Positions 20,083 to 30,556 of a stretch of DNA of 64,000 nt are shown piece after piece (the first letter of the stretch is position 1; each line of letters begins with the position of its first letter). The stretch lies in assembly GCA_001792305.1 (NCBI GenBank), contig MGGH01000036.1, positions 18,599 through 82,598 on the forward strand. The letters are read 5' to 3'. The DNA comes from Candidatus Woesebacteria bacterium RIFCSPHIGHO2_01_FULL_39_23. GTDB lineage: Bacteria; Patescibacteriota; Microgenomatia; UBA8517. The notes beneath the pieces were generated by a model, which worked only from the letters and a program-made list of their open reading frames with translations, made no database searches and was not told the DNA's origin. Position numbers and translations under genes: made by a program.

Positions 20083-20220
20083 TTATCCTCCAATCTTAAA
20101 CATTGTAGTGCCACAAACTTCACATTTACCTTTCTTTGCTTTCTTTCCATTCTTCATGGTGACATCTACCAAATCCTTACCTTCTCTTTTAGCGCGACAT
20201 TTTACACAGTACATTGACAT
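20083..20220 (-). CDS. 45-aa zinc-ribbon protein (CxxC...CxxC). Too short to appear in the ORF track
   Basis: Translation MSMYCVKCRAKREGKDLVDVTMKNGKKAKKGKCEVCGTTMFKIGG with two CxxC pairs. RBS GGGGAGG is 6 nt upstream. Confidence 0.5.
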   Translation of the reverse strand: MSMYCVKCRAKREGKDLVDVTMKNGKKAKKGKCEVCGTTMFKIGG

Positions 20221-20226
20221 TAATTA

Positions 20227-20517
20227 TCACCTCCCCCCGCTTGACTTTAATAAGTATATCACTATCTCTACGCACAAAATAAGGCTAGAGAATATAAGTG
20301 ATTTTACTAAATCTTTATTGTTCCATAAGCTCATGCGTGGATTTGCCGAAGACCTGGCTTTTTTGTCTTTATAGATCTTGTCAGTTTCGTTGAAGCTAGT
20401 GTTTACTAATTCCCCCTTGACAATTTTGCTTTGTGGTAATTTTGGCAAGCTTGGTTCCCATTTGATTAAGAAATCATAATTGGGATTTTCCTTATCTTTT
20501 CTTGTTCTTTTGGACAT
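20227..20517 (-). CDS. Hypothetical small protein
   Basis: 96-aa ORF, upstream of and codirectional with the zinc-ribbon gene. No recognisable motif. Confidence 0.3.
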   Translation of the reverse strand: MSKRTRKDKENPNYDFLIKWEPSLPKLPQSKIVKGELVNTSFNETDKIYKDKKARSSANPRMSLWNNKDLVKSLIFSSLILCVEIVIYLLKSSGGR

Positions 20518-20673
20518 TTATATTAAAATACATTCTTGACACACCTTTATCAAGATTGTGTATACCCAAAATACTTTGGTTTGCACTCATAAATAGTATT
20601 TTGGGGGATCAAAATCACTTGCGAGAGTTGCAAACTCGAGTAAGTGGAGTTTATACTCCTTTAGCTAAACAAG

Positions 20674-21135
20674 ATGTCGGGACAGGCGATTTTACTAGTA
20701 ATAATAGTATTATGGTTGATTGGTTTAAGTCTAATCTTTTATTGGATTTTGAGACATTATTTGAGGTTGGTAAAAGGGGTCAAAGAAGGCAATTTAAAGA
20801 AAATATTAGATAACATAGTTGACTTAAGCGGCAAAAACAGGAAAGATATAATAAGGCTTGAAAAAGAGCTTGTTTCTTTTAAGGAAGTAAGTAAGCTTTT
20901 TGTCCAAAAAGTAGGCTTGGTTAGATTTAATCCCTTGGGGGACTTTGGCGGAGAGCACAGTTTCTCTCTAGCTATTTTGGATGGGGAGAATCACGGTTTT
21001 GTTATAACAAGCATCCACGCCAGAGAGAGGACAAGAGTTTATATAAAGCCAGTCAAAGACGGAAAAAGTAGATACAAATTGTCGAATGAGGAAGAAAAAG
21101 CTCTAAGAGAGGCGCAGGAGATTATAAAAACATGA
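20674..21135 (+). CDS. DUF4446-family membrane-anchored protein
   Basis: N-terminal TM helix, then VRFNPLGDFGGEHSFSLAILDGENHGFVITSIHARE, a pattern recalled from DUF4446 proteins. Confidence 0.55.
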   Translation: MSGQAILLVIIVLWLIGLSLIFYWILRHYLRLVKGVKEGNLKKILDNIVDLSGKNRKDIIRLEKELVSFKEVSKLFVQKVGLVRFNPLGDFGGEHSFSLAILDGENHGFVITSIHARERTRVYIKPVKDGKSRYKLSNEEEKALREAQEIIKT

Positions 21136-22358
21136 AAGTTAAGGAATTAATAGCTTCACAAAAGGCAACTTTTTTATTAGGCCTTTTGGGGCTGTATTTA
21201 GTTTCAGCTGGTACATCTTGGGCAGTGTTTAGTTTATTGAAAGGGGGCTCTGGAGAGAGCTCCCCCATTATGGATACAAGCGAGTTGGAGTCTGCGCGAT
21301 CAAAGATTACAGAGCTTCCAAAAACAGAAAAGTGTCCCATAAATGGAAAGCTTTTTACTAAGCCGGAGAAAACTATTTGGGAAGGAAGGCGCCCAATAAC
21401 GGTCATGATTGAAAATCATGTGGACTCGAGACCTCCAGAAGGCTTGTCGAAGGCAGATGTTGTTTATGAGGCAGTGGCTGAAGGCGGTATAACAAGATTT
21501 TTGGGAGTTTTCTATTGCGGTGTGGCAGGAACCGAAGTAGAAGTGGCGCCTGTTAGATCAGTTAGAGTTTATTTTATAGATTGGGCATCTGAATATGGTG
21601 AATACCCAATTTTTATGCATGTGGGTGGAGCAAATGACTTTGGTGGTTTTGGAGATACGGTGAAGGAAGCCCGTGCCCTTGAACTTTTGGCGACAATTGG
21701 CTGGAGAGTACCGAAAGGCAACGATTTTGATACGATATATGATTCGGGTGTTCCTGTGTTTAGACGCAACCCAGGTAGATTAAAGAGCGTAGGTAAAGAA
21801 GATATAGCTGTTGAGCACACAATGGTTGCAAACCTTGACAGGGCTTATGAGGAGGCCGAGAAACGTGGGTATGGAGCAAAAGGTTCCGAGGGAGATAGTT
21901 GGGATAAGTCATTTATTTCTTGGACTTTTAGTAATGAAAAACCACTATCGAGTCCAAAAGTTAGCGAAATTTCATTCGAGTTTTGGTCTAACAAGCCAGA
22001 ATACGAAGTAAAATGGACATATAATAAAGATAATAACAGTTACTTACGGTTTAATGGGGAGGTTAAGCACACCGATTTAGCTTTTGAAAATACGCAAATA
22101 ACAAGCAAAAACGTAGTTATTGTGTTTTTAACAGAGCGCGGCCCTGTTGACAGAAATAAGCATATGTTATATACCACAACGGGAGAAGGTAAAGCTTTGA
22201 TTTATCAAAATGGCGACGAGGTAGAAGCCACATGGAAGAAGAAATCAAGAACGGATAGAACCAGGTTTTATGACGCCAAAGGAAAAGAAATTAACTTTGT
22301 GGAAGGTGAGATTTGGATAGAAGCTGTGCCTAAAGGTAACAAAGTGAATGTTAAGTAA
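21132..22358 (+). CDS. DUF3048 domain lipoprotein-like protein (YerB-like)
   Basis: Signal/TM N-terminus. PITVMIENHVDSRPPEGLSKADVVYEAVAEGGITRFLGVF is characteristic of DUF3048. Confidence 0.65.
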   Translation: MKVKELIASQKATFLLGLLGLYLVSAGTSWAVFSLLKGGSGESSPIMDTSELESARSKITELPKTEKCPINGKLFTKPEKTIWEGRRPITVMIENHVDSRPPEGLSKADVVYEAVAEGGITRFLGVFYCGVAGTEVEVAPVRSVRVYFIDWASEYGEYPIFMHVGGANDFGGFGDTVKEARALELLATIGWRVPKGNDFDTIYDSGVPVFRRNPGRLKSVGKEDIAVEHTMVANLDRAYEEAEKRGYGAKGSEGDSWDKSFISWTFSNEKPLSSPKVSEISFEFWSNKPEYEVKWTYNKDNNSYLRFNGEVKHTDLAFENTQITSKNVVIVFLTERGPVDRNKHMLYTTTGEGKALIYQNGDEVEATWKKKSRTDRTRFYDAKGKEINFVEGEIWIEAVPKGNKVNVK

Positions 22359-22373
22359 GGTATAATTAATATA

Positions 22374-22979
22374 TTGCTGCCCCATGGGAAGAAAATGGCC
22401 GAGCTTTCAGACATAATAACTTCAAAAGTGAGAATAAAGATTTTGCGGCTGTTCTTTTCTAATCCATCGGAGATGTACCATGTACGGGGGATAGTCCGTG
22501 AAGTGAACGAGGAAATTAATGCAGTAAGAAGAGAACTCGAGAGATTGGAAAAGGCTGGGATTTTGAAAAAAGAAGCAAGGGGAAACAGAATTTACTATTG
22601 GGTCAGAGATGATTACCCAATGTTTGGAGATCTTATATCAATGGTTGCAAAGTCAACAGGGCTTGGTTTGCAAATTCTCTCTAATAAGTCAAAGCTTGGC
22701 AAAATTTCTTTTGTAATGTTTTCGGGAAGGTTTGTCCGTTACAAAAAAAGGAAAAAAGAAGATGATGTGGATATTCTACTTACGGGAGAAGTGACTTTAC
22801 CAGAATTGGCTGCTTTGATTCGAGCAGAGGAAACCAGAAGAAATATGGAGATTAATTATGCTGTAATGAGTAAAGAGGAATTCGATTTTAGAAAGAAAAG
22901 AAGGGATCCGTTTGTCCAAAACATTCTTCTGGGTAGCCGTGTAATGATAATTGGGGACGAGGAGGATTTGGTTTCCTAA
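22374..22979 (+). CDS. Winged-helix (ArsR-like) regulator fused to a minimal nucleotidyltransferase-like domain (likely start ATG 22395)
   Basis: wHTH VRIKILRLFFSNPSEMYHVRGIVREV...LERLEKAGILKK. C-terminal GRFVRY...EDDVDILL resembles an NTase GS/DxD core. Confidence 0.5.
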   Translation: MLPHGKKMAELSDIITSKVRIKILRLFFSNPSEMYHVRGIVREVNEEINAVRRELERLEKAGILKKEARGNRIYYWVRDDYPMFGDLISMVAKSTGLGLQILSNKSKLGKISFVMFSGRFVRYKKRKKEDDVDILLTGEVTLPELAALIRAEETRRNMEINYAVMSKEEFDFRKKRRDPFVQNILLGSRVMIIGDEEDLVS

Positions 22980-24308
22980 ATGTCTGCTTCAAAAAATTTA
23001 AAAAAGATACTTTTAATTTTAGCTTTAACAATGCTAGCGTTGCTTATTGACTTACCAAAAGAGTTAAACGTTAATTTTGACCTCGGTCCAGTTAAAATCG
23101 ATCAAAAAGTAAAAAGGCTAGATTTGGGCATAAATTTAGGAAGATTTTCTTTTAGAAGAAGTTTAGATTTAGTTCTGGGATTGGATTTGGCCGGAGGGAG
23201 TCATTTGGTCTTCGAGGCAGACAGTAGCGGACTGGACCAGGAAAAAAGAAAATTGGCACTGGACGGGCTTAAAAGTGTAGTCGAGCGTAGAGTTAATCTT
23301 TTTGGTGTGTCGGAGCCAAATGTGTTGGTCTCTTCATTTGAAGGTAAAGACAGATTGATCATAGAGTTACCAGGTGTTAAAAATACCAAAGAGGCAATAG
23401 ATATTATTGGGAAAACAGCGAAGCTTGTATTTTCAACCATTAGTGGGGAAGGAGAGAATATAAATTTTATCCCGACAAATCTTTCCGGTTCAGATCTAGC
23501 TGACGCAAGGGTGTCATATGAATCGACTACGGGGCGCCCTGTTGTATCAATTAAGTTTACAAATGAAGGTGCAGAAAAATTTGCTAAAATTACTGAAGAA
23601 AACGTAGGTAAACCTTTAAGTATTTTACTTGATAGTGAGTTAATTTCTTCTCCAATTGTCCAGGAAAAAATAACAGGGGGTGCGGCACAAATTTCGGGAG
23701 ACTTTACATTGGACGAGGCAAGAAATTTTGCAATTCAGCTAACCGCTGGTGCACTTCCTGTTTCAATTAAAGTAGTTGAGGAACGAACTGTTGGCCCAAC
23801 TTTAGGTGAGGAGTCTGTCAAAAAGAGTATTGAAGCTGGACTTCTGGGTCTTGGTATGGTTTTGATTTTTATGATGGTAGTTTACGGCAGACTTGGGGTT
23901 GTAGCAAGCATTGGACTTGTCATTTTTGGAATACTGTCTTTGGCCCTTTATAAATTAATTCCAGTTGTTATTACGCTACCGGGAATTGCGGGTTTTCTTT
24001 TGTCTGTCGGAATGGCAGTCGACGCTAATATTCTAATTTTTGAGAGATTTAAGGAGGAGAAGGGGAGAAGAAATACAGCTGATGCATTGGAAGAGTCATT
24101 TGGGCGAGCGTGGGATTCAATTAGAGATGCTAATATTGCCACTTTAATTACGGCGTTTATACTTGCCAACCCGTTCGATTGGAGCTTTTTGCATACGTCA
24201 GGGCCTGTTCGCGGGTTTGCAATTACACTTGCTCTTGGAATAGCGATTGGCTTATTTACTGGAATTTTTGTTTCAAGAAATTTGTTGCGGTTATTTATTA
24301 AAAGGTAG
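22980..24308 (+). CDS. secD: Protein translocase subunit SecD
   Basis: SecD periplasmic domain followed by six C-terminal TM helices. Directly followed by secF. Confidence 0.9.
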   Translation: MSASKNLKKILLILALTMLALLIDLPKELNVNFDLGPVKIDQKVKRLDLGINLGRFSFRRSLDLVLGLDLAGGSHLVFEADSSGLDQEKRKLALDGLKSVVERRVNLFGVSEPNVLVSSFEGKDRLIIELPGVKNTKEAIDIIGKTAKLVFSTISGEGENINFIPTNLSGSDLADARVSYESTTGRPVVSIKFTNEGAEKFAKITEENVGKPLSILLDSELISSPIVQEKITGGAAQISGDFTLDEARNFAIQLTAGALPVSIKVVEERTVGPTLGEESVKKSIEAGLLGLGMVLIFMMVVYGRLGVVASIGLVIFGILSLALYKLIPVVITLPGIAGFLLSVGMAVDANILIFERFKEEKGRRNTADALEESFGRAWDSIRDANIATLITAFILANPFDWSFLHTSGPVRGFAITLALGIAIGLFTGIFVSRNLLRLFIKR

Positions 24309-24313
24309 CTTTT

Positions 24314-25210
24314 ATGAGTTGGATGAAGTTCAAAATGATTTATTTTGCGATTTCGCTATTGTTTATTGGTATTGGTATTTATTCTCTGACTAGTTGGGGT
24401 CTAAGGGTTGGAATTGATTTTACAGGCGGAGCGCTTGTTGAATATAAATTTGGTCGCGAAATCTCAACGGAAAGTGCGCTTAAAAAAACTCAAGATCTAG
24501 GCATTAAAGTATCTTCTATTCAGGAAACAGGGGATAAGACTTATCTTTTTAAGCTTGGCAGTTTAGAGAGCGTTGATAGGGAGAAAATAAAAAATGCTCT
24601 TAAAGAGGATTCTGAAGGGAATATAGAGGAAATTAAATTCGAAAACGTTGGTCCCTCAGTCGGTAAAGATTTGATTAAAAAGACGACTTATGCGATAGGA
24701 GTAGCATCAGTTGGAATATTGCTTTGGATCGCTTATCAATTCAAAAGTATTAAGTACGGTGCATGTGCCATTTTGGCTATGTTTCATGACAGTCTTGTCT
24801 TGATCGGTTTATTTTCACTTTTAGGAAAAGTTTTCGGTGCGGAAGTAGATTTCCTTTTTGTGACGGCATTACTTACTACATTATCCTTTTCAGTACATGA
24901 TACTATTGTTGTTTATGACAGAATAAGGGAGGCACAAAAGAAGTACAGTGATGATTTGGTTAGTCTTGCTAATAAGGCATTGTCCGAGACAATGGTACGC
25001 TCGTTAAATAATTCTTTCACGATAATTTTTATGCTTGTTGCCTTGATATTATTTGGAGGTGTTACGATCCGCTGGTTTGCAGTTGCACTTCTGATTGGCA
25101 CAATTTCCGGTACTTACTCTTCCCCTTTCGTTGCTGTACCATTATTGATTACTTGGGATAGCCTATTTAATAAATTTAAAAACAAGTTTAGAAAACACAG
25201 ACTTTACTAA
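24314..25210 (+). CDS. secF: Protein translocase subunit SecF
   Basis: SecF topology and family conservation. Adjacent to secD. Confidence 0.9.
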   Translation: MSWMKFKMIYFAISLLFIGIGIYSLTSWGLRVGIDFTGGALVEYKFGREISTESALKKTQDLGIKVSSIQETGDKTYLFKLGSLESVDREKIKNALKEDSEGNIEEIKFENVGPSVGKDLIKKTTYAIGVASVGILLWIAYQFKSIKYGACAILAMFHDSLVLIGLFSLLGKVFGAEVDFLFVTALLTTLSFSVHDTIVVYDRIREAQKKYSDDLVSLANKALSETMVRSLNNSFTIIFMLVALILFGGVTIRWFAVALLIGTISGTYSSPFVAVPLLITWDSLFNKFKNKFRKHRLY

Positions 25211-25243
25211 TCGCCACGCTGAGATGCAATTAGTGTTTGATGC

Positions 25244-25549
25244 TTATAGATTACTGTTGTTTAGTGATAAGCGAGGATCTATTACTTTCTGCACGAGTTC
25301 CTCTGCCTCTTCCCTACTTATCTGATACGTATCCATTATTGCCTGTATACCCGCATTAGTCTGAAGAATAATATCTCTGAATATACCATCCTGACGCATG
25401 GCTTGTATTTCAGCTGTAGGATTTAATCCACTTGTTAATGCGCTGGCACCTGCATCACTATATTCTCCACCTCCCATTTGAGCAGCTTTTTTAACGAAGG
25501 CAAGCCGATCTTTTAATTTAATTCTCCTATCCGTATCTACCTCTCCCAT
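25244..25549 (-). CDS. Hypothetical 101-aa protein
   Basis: ORF with GGEYSDAGASALTSG and no recognisable family. Confidence 0.35.
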   Translation of the reverse strand: MGEVDTDRRIKLKDRLAFVKKAAQMGGGEYSDAGASALTSGLNPTAEIQAMRQDGIFRDIILQTNAGIQAIMDTYQISREEAEELVQKVIDPRLSLNNSNL

Positions 25550-25580
25550 AAATGGTAAATTACTAAAACAGGGCCAATTA

Positions 25581-26939
25581 TCAAGAAAAAGTGGATTTTA
25601 GTTCTTTAATTCTTTTTAGCAAAGTATCTCTGCTATTTTCGATTTTTTTCTCTACCACTTTCTCAAAAAGATTATTTAATATTTCCCCGACCTTTGGTCC
25701 TGGGCGAAGTCGGAGGGTTTTCATTACATCGTTTCCGTCAATTTTAAGATCCCGAACAGTAAAAGGCTGTTTTTGAACCTCAATTAATCTTCTTTTGAAT
25801 TCTTCCAGTCTCCAAGAAGTTTCTCTTGCTCCCCCTCCAAGTCTATCTGCCACCCGAAGCATTAAAATATCGGGAATATTTTCCTTGCCAACGTTTCGGA
25901 TGAAACGTCTAAGCGCTGAATCTGTCTGGTTTTCATTAACCGAAAACATATGCCAGCGCACAAGTTTTAAGAGTTTATTTTTGTCTTTGTTTGAAAGTTT
26001 AAGTCTGTCGGCGATTTTAGCAGCTATTTTGGTGCTTACGACTTCATGGTTATAAAAAGTTATCGTTCCGTCTTCGATTTTTTTAAAAGTCCTCGCTTTT
26101 CCAATATCATGGATCAAAGTGGCTAGTCTTGTTATTGGATCATCCGAATTGCAGTATTTTAGGGCCATTACCAGATGGGTACCAACATCGAAGGTATGGT
26201 GTCTTCCTGGTGACTTTTGTTCTACTCCAAAGTTTTCTTCGAGTTCTGGTAGTATTTCGTGCATCAGGCTTGAGCTTTTAAAGATAACAATTCCTTCAAA
26301 AGAGAAACTGGATGAAATGGTTTTTAATAATTCATCGCGAACTCGCTCAGCAGCAATTTCATTAATTAAATTAGAGTGCATCTTGATCGCTTCGAAAGTT
26401 TTTTCTTCGATTGTAAAACCTAACTGGGATGCGATTCGGATAGCTCTCATCATTCGTAGAGCGTCCTCGTTAAATCGCTCATTAGCGTTTCCTACTGCTT
26501 TCACCACTTTGTTTTTAAGGTCATTTTGTCCTTCAAATAAATCTATTATTTTAATACCCATTCCATCGAGTTTTATTGCAAGAGCATTTATAGTAAAATC
26601 TCTCCTTTTAAGGTCTTCTTCCAGAGACTTTCCCCAGAGCACTTTATCGGGACGTCTGTGGTCGCTGTATCCATGCTCGGTTCTGTATGTCGTTACTTCG
26701 TGTGGCTTAAATCCTGACTCGCTATTTATTCCAACTGTCCCGTAATTATTATCATAAAAAGAGTCTTTAAAAATTTTTAGTATATCTTCAGGTGTAGCAT
26801 TGGTTGTAAAATCCCAGTCGATGACCGGACGTCCCGTAAGCAAATCCCGTACTGCTCCACCTACAATGTAGACTTCGTAGCCATTATTCTCAATTTTTTT
26901 GTAAATTTTGATTACCTCTTCTGGTAACTTAGTTTCCAT
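25581..26939 (-). CDS. cca: CCA-adding enzyme / tRNA nucleotidyltransferase with HD domain
   Basis: PolyA-polymerase head domain VYIVGGAVRDLLTGRPVIDWDFTTNATPE. HD domain IHDIGK. Confidence 0.85.
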   Translation of the reverse strand: METKLPEEVIKIYKKIENNGYEVYIVGGAVRDLLTGRPVIDWDFTTNATPEDILKIFKDSFYDNNYGTVGINSESGFKPHEVTTYRTEHGYSDHRRPDKVLWGKSLEEDLKRRDFTINALAIKLDGMGIKIIDLFEGQNDLKNKVVKAVGNANERFNEDALRMMRAIRIASQLGFTIEEKTFEAIKMHSNLINEIAAERVRDELLKTISSSFSFEGIVIFKSSSLMHEILPELEENFGVEQKSPGRHHTFDVGTHLVMALKYCNSDDPITRLATLIHDIGKARTFKKIEDGTITFYNHEVVSTKIAAKIADRLKLSNKDKNKLLKLVRWHMFSVNENQTDSALRRFIRNVGKENIPDILMLRVADRLGGGARETSWRLEEFKRRLIEVQKQPFTVRDLKIDGNDVMKTLRLRPGPKVGEILNNLFEKVVEKKIENSRDTLLKRIKELKSTFS

Positions 26940-26957
26940 TAAGATAAATTATACGAT

Positions 26958-28595
26958 ATGGAGAGTGTTAAGTGGGAGATTTTAAATAAAAATAAAAACG
27001 TGGATATTGTGAAGACTCTTCTGACTAATCGTGGAATTAAAACAAAAAAACAGCAAGTAGAATTTTTGGATCCAAAGCATCCTAATGACTTTAGATTAAA
27101 AGAATTAAAAATAGATAAGACCCAGGTTGGAAAGACAATCCGGAGAATTAACACGGCAATTGCAAAGAAAGAAAAAATTGTTGTTTACGGGGACTACGAT
27201 GCCGACGGAGTTTGTGCAACAGCGATAGTGTGGGAAGCTTTATGGGACTTAAAGGCTGATGTTATGCCTTATATTCCTGAAAGATTTTCCGAGGGGTACG
27301 GTTTAAATGCAAAAAGTGTCGAAAAGCTTAAAATTAAGTATCCAAATCTTAAGTTAATAATTACTGTTGATAATGGAATTGTTGCCGCAAACGCAGTATC
27401 AACTGCTACTAAACTTGGCGTAGATGTAATAATTACAGACCATCATGAAAAAGGCGAAACTTACCCAAAGGATGCATATTCGATTATTCATACCAAAGAA
27501 ATTGGCGGTGCGGGTATAGCTTGGGTAGTTTCGCGAGAGATTAATGGGGTATTTGCGATCGACCAACTGGATATAACCGCTATCGGGACAATTGCCGACC
27601 AGCTTCCTTTAGTTGGACCAAATAGAAGTTTTGCTAAATACGGCATCCTCACTTTGCGAGAAACAAAAAGACCGGGGTTAAGAGAAATTTGTAATCTTGC
27701 TACAATTGATCCTAAAACCATTGATACATATCATGTGAACTTTATGATTGCTCCGCGAATTAACGCTATGGGCAGACTTGCACATGCCATTGAATCACTC
27801 AGATTGCTGTGTACAAAAAGTCCAGCAAAGGCTCTTGAACTATCTACTTTGCTCGAGAAAACCAACAGAGATAGGCAAAACTTAGTTGAGGAAATGGTAA
27901 TTGACGCAAAAGAGAAAGCATTAAAGACCAATGAAAAAATAATAATTTTACATAGTGATAATTACCACGAAGGAGTAATTGGACTAGCGGCAAGCCGACT
28001 AGTAGAAGAATTTTACCGGCCGTCCATTGTTTTATCAATTAGAGGCGATATTGCAAAAGCCTCGGCCAGATCTGTTAGTGGTTTTAACATCATTAAGGCA
28101 ATTAGGTTAGTAAATGAATACTTGATCGAAGGTGGGGGGCACGAAATGGCCGCCGGGTTTTCAATAGAGACCAAAAATATTGAAATTTTTACACAACAAC
28201 TTATTCGCAAAACTAGAGAATTTTTGACAGAAGATTTGCTCCAAAAGAAGCTCAAAATAGATTTGGAGTTAGATCTGCCGGATTTAAATTTTGATTTAGT
28301 TGATAGAATTAGACAGCTCGAGCCATTCGGAATCGGCAACCCAAGCCCCACTTTTTTAACAAAAAAAGTCCAAGTTGTCGATTTCAGAACAGTTGGAGGT
28401 GAAGGCAAACATTTGAAACTCACCCTTTCTAAAGATGGTATTAAAGTCAATGCAATAGCTTTTGGAAGGGGTAATTTGGCCGTAGCAATTATTCCTGGTC
28501 AGACAGTAGATGTTGTTTATACACCAGAGGAAAATGTTTGGATCGGAAAGCGAGAGATTCAAGTAAAAATCAAGGACATAAGGACAAACTCGTAA
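26958..28595 (+). CDS. recJ: Single-stranded-DNA-specific exonuclease RecJ
   Basis: DHH motifs VVYGDYDADGVCATAI, TVDNGI and ITDHHE, plus a DHHA1 domain. Confidence 0.9.
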   Translation: MESVKWEILNKNKNVDIVKTLLTNRGIKTKKQQVEFLDPKHPNDFRLKELKIDKTQVGKTIRRINTAIAKKEKIVVYGDYDADGVCATAIVWEALWDLKADVMPYIPERFSEGYGLNAKSVEKLKIKYPNLKLIITVDNGIVAANAVSTATKLGVDVIITDHHEKGETYPKDAYSIIHTKEIGGAGIAWVVSREINGVFAIDQLDITAIGTIADQLPLVGPNRSFAKYGILTLRETKRPGLREICNLATIDPKTIDTYHVNFMIAPRINAMGRLAHAIESLRLLCTKSPAKALELSTLLEKTNRDRQNLVEEMVIDAKEKALKTNEKIIILHSDNYHEGVIGLAASRLVEEFYRPSIVLSIRGDIAKASARSVSGFNIIKAIRLVNEYLIEGGGHEMAAGFSIETKNIEIFTQQLIRKTREFLTEDLLQKKLKIDLELDLPDLNFDLVDRIRQLEPFGIGNPSPTFLTKKVQVVDFRTVGGEGKHLKLTLSKDGIKVNAIAFGRGNLAVAIIPGQTVDVVYTPEENVWIGKREIQVKIKDIRTNS

Positions 28596-28596
28596 C

Positions 28597-29100
28597 TTAA
28601 TGTCCGTATTTTTTCAAAAAATTGACGACCTCTTTTACTTTCATGTATTTAATCAACATTTTTTGGTTCTCATTACATAATTTGTTTAGAGCGTTGTAAA
28701 ATAATTTTCCGTTTTTGGCGTCCCTTACAATTATTAAATCCTTTTTAACCTTTAAACAAATCGCGGCTTCATTAAGAGTTCCTAATGACCCCGCTATGGA
28801 TATAACTAAGTCTGCTGTTACTGATACCAGAGTATCCCTAGTTATTCTTAACCCAGTTGTAAGTGCAATGTCGATGAACTTATTGGCATCAGTTTTTTGA
28901 GTTTCAGGAAGAATGCCTATTGTTAAAACTCCACTTTTCTTTGCACCCCTTGCTGCAGCTTCCATTATTCCAGTCATACCGCCACAAATAAGCACATGGT
29001 TTGATGGATTTAGCGCAGATCCTACCTGTAACGCTATTTGATAATCTTTACTTTTTCTTGGCACTCCTGCTCCGCCGATAATTGTAATATTTCTGTACAT
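28597..29100 (-). CDS. TIGR00725/LOG-like Rossmann-fold nucleotide-binding protein
   Basis: ITIIGGAG...ICGGMTGIMEAAARGAK is a LOG/SLOG-family pattern. Confidence 0.55.
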   Translation of the reverse strand: MYRNITIIGGAGVPRKSKDYQIALQVGSALNPSNHVLICGGMTGIMEAAARGAKKSGVLTIGILPETQKTDANKFIDIALTTGLRITRDTLVSVTADLVISIAGSLGTLNEAAICLKVKKDLIIVRDAKNGKLFYNALNKLCNENQKMLIKYMKVKEVVNFLKKYGH

Positions 29101-29106
29101 ACGTAT

Positions 29107-29670
29107 TTAAGATAGTTCCAAGTACTCTTCGCGATCTCTAAAAGGAAAGTTGCTTAGTTTTAATCTTTTAAATTGTGTTGGATAATATTTTTTAAAGTCG
29201 GACCATTTTTTATCAGAATCTATTTTAATAATTCTTTTATTGTAGGGAGTTGGGAGGCGTCTTGTTATTGAATACATTATCTTGTGTTTAGAAGGCATAA
29301 ATATGCATAATCCTGCGGTAATAAAATGATCTGGGTGGCTACCCCACATGTCTGGAATAAACAAGGTATCAGATTTGTTTACATTCTTTTTTAACTTTAA
29401 ATAAATCGACAATTTATCTGTATTCGAAAGTCCACCGTCTGGAAAGTTTAAATATACAATGTTTGAGTCTTTAATATTATTGTCTAAACAGAATTTTTTC
29501 GTTTCTAGTTTTCTGGCATTTTTATATTCGTCTGGTTCCATATCGATATATGCGAACTGTTTACCTCCATCCGTGACAACAATCACTTTGTCGATTTTGC
29601 CGCTAATTATTTGACTGTAACAGCCGATAAACTCGTCATCATAGTGGGGTGATACTATAACGTTAGCCAT
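29107..29670 (-). CDS. PIG-L/LmbE-family N-acetylglucosaminyl deacetylase
   Basis: SPHYDDEFIGC and GSHPDH zinc-binding motifs of the LmbE family. Confidence 0.7.
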   Translation of the reverse strand: MANVIVSPHYDDEFIGCYSQIISGKIDKVIVVTDGGKQFAYIDMEPDEYKNARKLETKKFCLDNNIKDSNIVYLNFPDGGLSNTDKLSIYLKLKKNVNKSDTLFIPDMWGSHPDHFITAGLCIFMPSKHKIMYSITRRLPTPYNKRIIKIDSDKKWSDFKKYYPTQFKRLKLSNFPFRDREEYLELS

Positions 29671-30556
29671 TATACTTTTCCTCCAAAATATTTGAGATAT
29701 GCTCGATATGTCTTAAGCAAATAATGATCATTTTTCTGGTTTTATCTTCATCTAAAGATATAATTTCGGTCTGTTTTCGAAAACCCCATCTTTCGTACTC
29801 TTTCGATATGTGGTTAACCCACCAATTATATATTTCATATAGATGTTTAATAGATGAATCGTTCTGTTTATATTCTTCTAGATACTTCTTAAAAATTCTA
29901 TTTTTACCAGAAACAAGAATACCGTCATAAGCAAGGCGTGCTTTTTGTGAAAAAATCAGAGATACACACGCCCAACGTAAATGGTCATCTAAACCTTTTG
30001 CAATATCAGTTGTAACCTGAACAGTATTGCCAGCTCTATCTCCAATCATTCTCTTGATTACGCCAGGTTTTGACATATATTTTGAGTCGTATATCATTTG
30101 TCGTACCCCTCTTTTAAGCTCATTAACTAGTTGCAGCGACACAGTCTTTATGTGTGGATGTATTAATTCTTTAAGGATGTTTTTGCCATAAATGACTCGA
30201 GCATGTTTAAAGTAGTCGTATATAAAAAGACTTCTCAATAGAGAATACCCAAAGTTTTTTTTCCTTGGTAGCTCATCATAGCCATACGTATAAATATCGA
30301 TCGGTACTTTAAACTCTTCAACGTATTTTTCGTGTATTTTATATATAAGTTTTAATTTGTTTAAATCAATTTGATGTCGAGGTGTTTTTACGACGATCAT
30401 TAGGTCTATGTTACTATTTTCAGAAATATAAGTGTTGTTGGTAGTACTACCATATAAGACAATGGAAACTATCCAATCATTCGTGACTCTATTTAGTAAT
30501 CTGGAGGTTAACTCTTTTACTACCTTTGACTGATTAATTTTTTTGGTTTTTGGCAT
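29663..30556 (-). CDS. Minimal nucleotidyltransferase-fold protein (ANT/LinB-like)
   Basis: IVLYGSTTNNTYISENSNIDLMIVV is the GS...D.D NTase core. Helical C-terminal domain. Confidence 0.55.
   Translation of the reverse strand: MPKTKKINQSKVVKELTSRLLNRVTNDWIVSIVLYGSTTNNTYISENSNIDLMIVVKTPRHQIDLNKLKLIYKIHEKYVEEFKVPIDIYTYGYDELPRKKNFGYSLLRSLFIYDYFKHARVIYGKNILKELIHPHIKTVSLQLVNELKRGVRQMIYDSKYMSKPGVIKRMIGDRAGNTVQVTTDIAKGLDDHLRWACVSLIFSQKARLAYDGILVSGKNRIFKKYLEEYKQNDSSIKHLYEIYNWWVNHISKEYERWGFRKQTEIISLDEDKTRKMIIICLRHIEHISNILEEKYNG

Noticed and set aside
26119-26745. 208-aa plus-strand ORF
   Set aside because: Antisense to the well-supported cca gene. Ser/Leu-rich low-complexity translation.
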